Made by a program: the position numbers and the translations under genes. Positions 29,571 to 33,732 of a DNA stretch of 33,732 nucleotides are shown here, one piece after another; the stretch's first letter is position 1, and every line of letters starts with the position of its first letter. Location: assembly GCA_900128395.1 (NCBI GenBank), contig LT649356.1, positions 1 to 33,732 of the forward strand. Direction: 5' to 3'. The DNA comes from Stramenopiles sp. TOSAG23-2. Lineage: Eukaryota. Below the pieces are notes generated by a model. That model was given only the letters and a program-made list of their open reading frames with translations. It was not told where the DNA came from and ran no database searches.

Positions 29571-30470
29571 ATGAAACTATTGATTTCTCCAACATTCATT
29601 GCATTATTATGCAATATCATAACTATTGCAATGGTAAATGGGAGAAATTGTACCGTTCATGATGTTGGAAAAGATATTATACATTGGAATGCTGGTTTAC
29701 ATGTTATGGAATGGGATATTAAAGATTGTACTCGATTAGTTGCAAGGCATTTGAAATTAAATGATACTCATATTGTACCATTAGCGGAACATCTTGAAGG
29801 AAATAAAATATTACAACATATTGATTTAGGACATAATCATATGAGAGATGGCAGTGCAATTGCATTTGCAAAAGTGTTGGAACATCGACATACTGCACTG
29901 GAACGTTTGAATTTGGAAGGTAATGATATTGGATGTGGCGGGATCAAAGCATTAGCACATGCATTGAAAGAAAATGTGAATTTAAAAATGTTAGAACTTG
30001 GACGTAATCATATTCATCCAGATGGGGCTAAAGCATTAGCACAAGCTATACGAATTAATCATGTCTTGCGTGAATTAGACATTGAACATAATGCTTTTGG
30101 TGTCGAAGGTGCTGTAAAAATCGCAGAAGCGTTAAGATATAATCGACATATTGAAACAGTAAATTTAGCATATAACAGGATCAATGAACATGGTGCGCAA
30201 GCCATTGCATCTATGTTGCGTGTGAACAAAGGTTTGAAATCATTATTGATAGGTGGTAATGCTATCGGTGATCATGGAATGCATTTACTTGAACGAGCAA
30301 TGAAGCATAATAAAGTTTTGACTAATATTGATTTACATCATAACAATGCGCATCATGAAGCTACTTTAAAAATAGCATTACAAGTTGCGCGTAATATACG
30401 TGATGCAAATAAAGCTGCAGAAGAAGCTGCTAGTATTGGTAATGATGATTCTGTAAAATCGGAGTTGTAA
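29571..30470 (+). CDS. Signal-peptide-bearing, His-rich RI-like LRR protein with C-terminal KSEL
   Basis: Signal peptide MKLLISPTFIALLCNIITIAMVNG, then about 7 repeats of 28 aa (L..LNLEGNDIG..G...LA.AL..N..L); ends VKSEL-stop. Confidence 0.9.
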   Translation: MKLLISPTFIALLCNIITIAMVNGRNCTVHDVGKDIIHWNAGLHVMEWDIKDCTRLVARHLKLNDTHIVPLAEHLEGNKILQHIDLGHNHMRDGSAIAFAKVLEHRHTALERLNLEGNDIGCGGIKALAHALKENVNLKMLELGRNHIHPDGAKALAQAIRINHVLRELDIEHNAFGVEGAVKIAEALRYNRHIETVNLAYNRINEHGAQAIASMLRVNKGLKSLLIGGNAIGDHGMHLLERAMKHNKVLTNIDLHHNNAHHEATLKIALQVARNIRDANKAAEEAASIGNDDSVKSEL

Positions 30471-30584
30471 TCATACAAAATTAGGTTTTATTACCACATC
30501 GCGATATTTTGTTTGAGAAAGAGATTTTTAGGTAAAAACTGATTAGTATATGTACGTTGAAGACTATTGATACAGGACTTTTTC

Positions 30585-30859
30585 TTAAAATAAGGTCCAT
30601 TTAAAAAAAATAAAATAATAATTAATAAAATAATAGAATAAACTAAAAATATAAACTAAAGTAATAGTCTAAAAGTCGTTCAAGTATAAAAAGTGAAAGT
30701 AGTCCTTTTTTCTTTTCCGTCAAAGTTACATTGTTATATGTTAAAATTGATATATGTAAAATTGATCGTAACTGATAGGCATAAATTTGTATAACACAGT
30801 TTATTCTATTTATTTTATTATTTATTATTTTTATTTTTTTTAAATGGACCTTATTTTAA
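30585..30859. mobile_element. MITE-like element (~275 bp) with ~60-bp terminal inverted repeats
   Basis: Left arm 30585-30644 and right arm 30798-30859. The outer 31 bp (TTAAAATAAGGTCCATTTAAAAAAAATAAAA) are perfectly inverted; the rest has two 1-nt indels and one mismatch. TTAA at both outer ends. Confidence 0.7.
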
Positions 30860-31243
30860 AATGTAAGTGTCGCATCGTTTTGGCGTTTTGGCAACTTATA
30901 ACAACATAGTAATAGCACCATGTGTACAACAATATATTATCTTTTCTTCTTCCCATCCACGAGAATATATATAATATATATATAACAATAGCAACTGCAA
31001 TACAAAATGCAAAATGCGTCATATAATATTTTAGAGGTACACGTTCATTTATATAACACAGGTAGGTTTATAGCTATATCACCCGATTGGATAAATAATA
31101 AACCAACAAGCTTGAAATCCATACAAGCAAATTATCAAAATTAAATATATATATATATATATATATATATAACAATAATAATATAATATAAACAAAACAA
31201 CAAATAAAATACAAATACAACAAGTATATTTTAAGATTAAGAA

Positions 31244-32984
31244 ATGTTGCAAGAAGAAGATGAAAATAAAAAGGCAAAAGAAGATGAGGTACCTGAAGGT
31301 AAACTAGCCAAAGCTATGTATTACTGGAAAAAAATAAGCCATAGCTTGCCATATCATATTATTCAATCATTATTATCATACCTTGCATTGATAACGATGA
31401 TTGTTGCGTTGACAGTTCTCATGTTCCCACCACATTTTGCTCCAAAAATATATGATGGTGGAAAAGATTTATCAATACCCGCAGCTACAAGAATTTTTAA
31501 CCTTGTCCACGCAGCAAGAGAAAAGCCCGAGCTTCAAAATAGCACGACGTACAGATTTGCCGCTCAGAATGGTAAATATGGCCTGCGTGTCTGTACCGAT
31601 CTTACTGAAGAACAATTCGAGAAAGCAACCACCTTGGTTGAAACGGATAGAATGTGGGATAACATGGATTATTCAGCAATTGCAAAATTCAAAAAAAATA
31701 AATGCGAGAATAGCACTATGTTGTCTTATAATTCTAACTGCAACATGCGTAGTGACGATGGCGTGTTGAAGGGAGGAGCATATTATTCGATAAAAAATTC
31801 ACAAACGGCTTACCCAAATCGTGCAAGTGTAACATCATTTCCAGGAAAAGGACAATGTGGAATGCCTGCATCGTGGGGGGGTAAAGGAAACCTTCTGTTC
31901 ACACGACCAGATCCAGGTTATGGTTGGCTTTGGACAATGATGATTCGTGACCCAAATAAAGGATTCCCATTTAAATTCGGTGGATTTCCTGAAGACGAAA
32001 ACAGAACGCATCCCAATTGTACTGAGACCATTTGCAATAAACAAGGTAGTAAATGCGATTCGAATAAGGGACAGGTTTGTTATGATGAAGACTTGGAGGA
32101 ATGCCTGTCAGCTAGCGAATTAAAAGAAGACAGGAAAACATGCAGTGGCCCTACAATGACCAATTGTACATGTAGTTCATATTATGGTAAGTTTAACTTA
32201 AACATGTATCCATATAAACATAATTATTTTCTCTAACACGTATATACATATATACATAATTTTTTTAGAATTCATTCCTGGCGAACCAGAGTGGTATAAG
32301 AAAGGAGTTGAGTTTAAAAACGAAGAGTGTCAGTACGGTTTTGGACCACTAGATGCAAATGAACAAATTTGGAAAAAACAGAGAGCAGATGCAGAACCAT
32401 GTTTGAAGAAGTATGTATTTGGATATGGTTATACAAATAAAGCTATTACCGCCTTGTTCATTATAGGTGCTATTTTACGCATTGGAAATCAAATAATGTC
32501 ATTTTATTGGGGCTGCACAGAGGACGATGAAGATTACAAAGTATTATTTACAACGGAAACATTTGTTCGTATATATTCAATTTGCACCAAAGGTTTAGAC
32601 TATGTGAATAACGTAATTGATACTAAATGGCAAACTGGTTGGCCGTGGATGATTGGATTTTTTGATTCAGCGTTTGTAGCACTTGCTACACTTGGGTGTG
32701 CTATCGGCGCAGACCCGTTCCCTGACTTGATAAAGGGAAGAACTACAATGTTCTTTCTATGGATATCAGCAATACGTGAATGCCTGAAACTACTATACAA
32801 GATTTACAGTGCAAAAACAAAGAAGCCATGGATTATCCAAGAAAAATCTGAAAATGTTGAATGTTGTGGTAAAACGATTCCATGGTGTGGCCCTGTAAAA
32901 GAACCAGAAGATGACGAGGGACCAGAGGAGGAAGATAAGGGAACAGTTGATCCGGATCAGATTGAATTGGGAGAAAAAAAATGA
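31244..32984 (+). CDS. Two-exon multipass membrane protein (~552 aa) with a large Cys-rich loop; join(31244..32186,32269..32984)
   Basis: Removing the intron joins the 330-aa and 193-aa ORFs in frame (...SSYY-E-FIPGEPEWYKKG...EPCLKKYVFG). One N-terminal TM segment, a Cys/N-glycosylation-site-rich loop and about 3 C-terminal TM segments. Confidence 0.85.
32187..32268 (+). other. 82-nt phase-1 spliceosomal intron
   Basis: G|GTAAGT donor, CTCTAAC branch point at 32231-32237 and TTTTTTAG| acceptor; splicing restores the reading frame. Confidence 0.88.
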
Positions 32985-33732
32985 GACTTATATTACACAC
33001 AACAACTGCTTCTGATCTGGAAAGCGTTGTGATCAAAGAGTTATTTTTTGATGTAATATCATACACTGTAACATTCGAAAATTTCTATTGGCATGTATGA
33101 TATGCTTGCTTGCATGCGTATATTACTTGGGTAATTGAAATGTCTCGAAGTCAAAAAAGCAATAATATATCATACGGTTCGTATGTGAGTATAAGAGAAT
33201 AATATAACGTATATATAAAATTCTTTTACTCCCGTTATTATATATATCATATTCAATATATGACAGCAGGGTTATATATTTTATAAAAGATATTTTTTTT
33301 GGTATAATAATTTTAACACTTCTCTCGTGCTAAAGTAATGTGCTCAATATTCAATCGCAAGAATAATATTCTATCCTACTATGATATAGTAAAAACAATA
33401 TTTTTAGACCCACCTTTAATAAGATCAGGAGGAATATAAAAAAGACCATAATATTACATAGTACCTAGTTTTACATACTTTTTAATGGTATTTATATGCT
33501 ATTTCTACATATTTTTAAGCTCTTTCCGTATTATCATGTCTCTGAGGAGCAAAAAATTTTCAATGGTATAATCTTCGAAACTAGATCGATTCACTATCTA
33601 TAATTTTATGCCGGAAATCGTCATATAATCGTTTATAGCTGCAGAGAGTTTTGAAACACGAAAATGAAAAAAAACATGTTTTAGAACAACCATGCCCTTC
33701 AAAAAAAAATATTAAAAAGTTAAACACAAACA

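Noticed and set aside
33400-33732. Repeat-like non-coding sequence at the window end
   Set aside because: No TIR partner, TSD or second copy within the window to support a call.
1-33732. CRISPR arrays, tRNA/rRNA genes, prokaryotic operons or defence systems, alternative genetic code
   Set aside because: No regularly spaced repeats or RNA-gene signatures were seen; the genes are eukaryotic and translate intact with the standard code, using TAA, TAG and TGA as stops.

Overview
AT-rich, gene-dense, nearly intron-free eukaryotic (protist) DNA. A stramenopile origin is plausible (PSTALRE-type CDK, HSF with an RQLxFYGF motif) but this is inference. About 11 protein genes in order: frameshifted 3' end of an RI-like LRR gene, a secreted Cys-repeat protein, an HSF, dihydroxyacetone/triokinase, a PSTALRE CDK1-like kinase, TEX10/Ipi1, a BK/Slo-type K+ channel (-) head-to-head with a four-domain EEEE voltage-gated Ca2+ channel (+), TMEM161 (-), an LRR protein, a His-rich signal-peptide LRR protein ending KSEL, and a two-exon multi-pass membrane protein. 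The most interesting observation is the contiguous BK-Cav-TMEM161 trio, a candidate membrane-excitability gene cluster whose channels have unusual gating motifs. Non-coding highlights are a ~275-bp MITE-like element with ~60-bp TIRs, a recurrent ATATCATACG hairpin motif downstream of genes, dispersed 18-20-bp exact repeats, and palindrome clusters. No tRNA, rRNA or CRISPR array was recognised. All family assignments come from motif recognition, not database searches.
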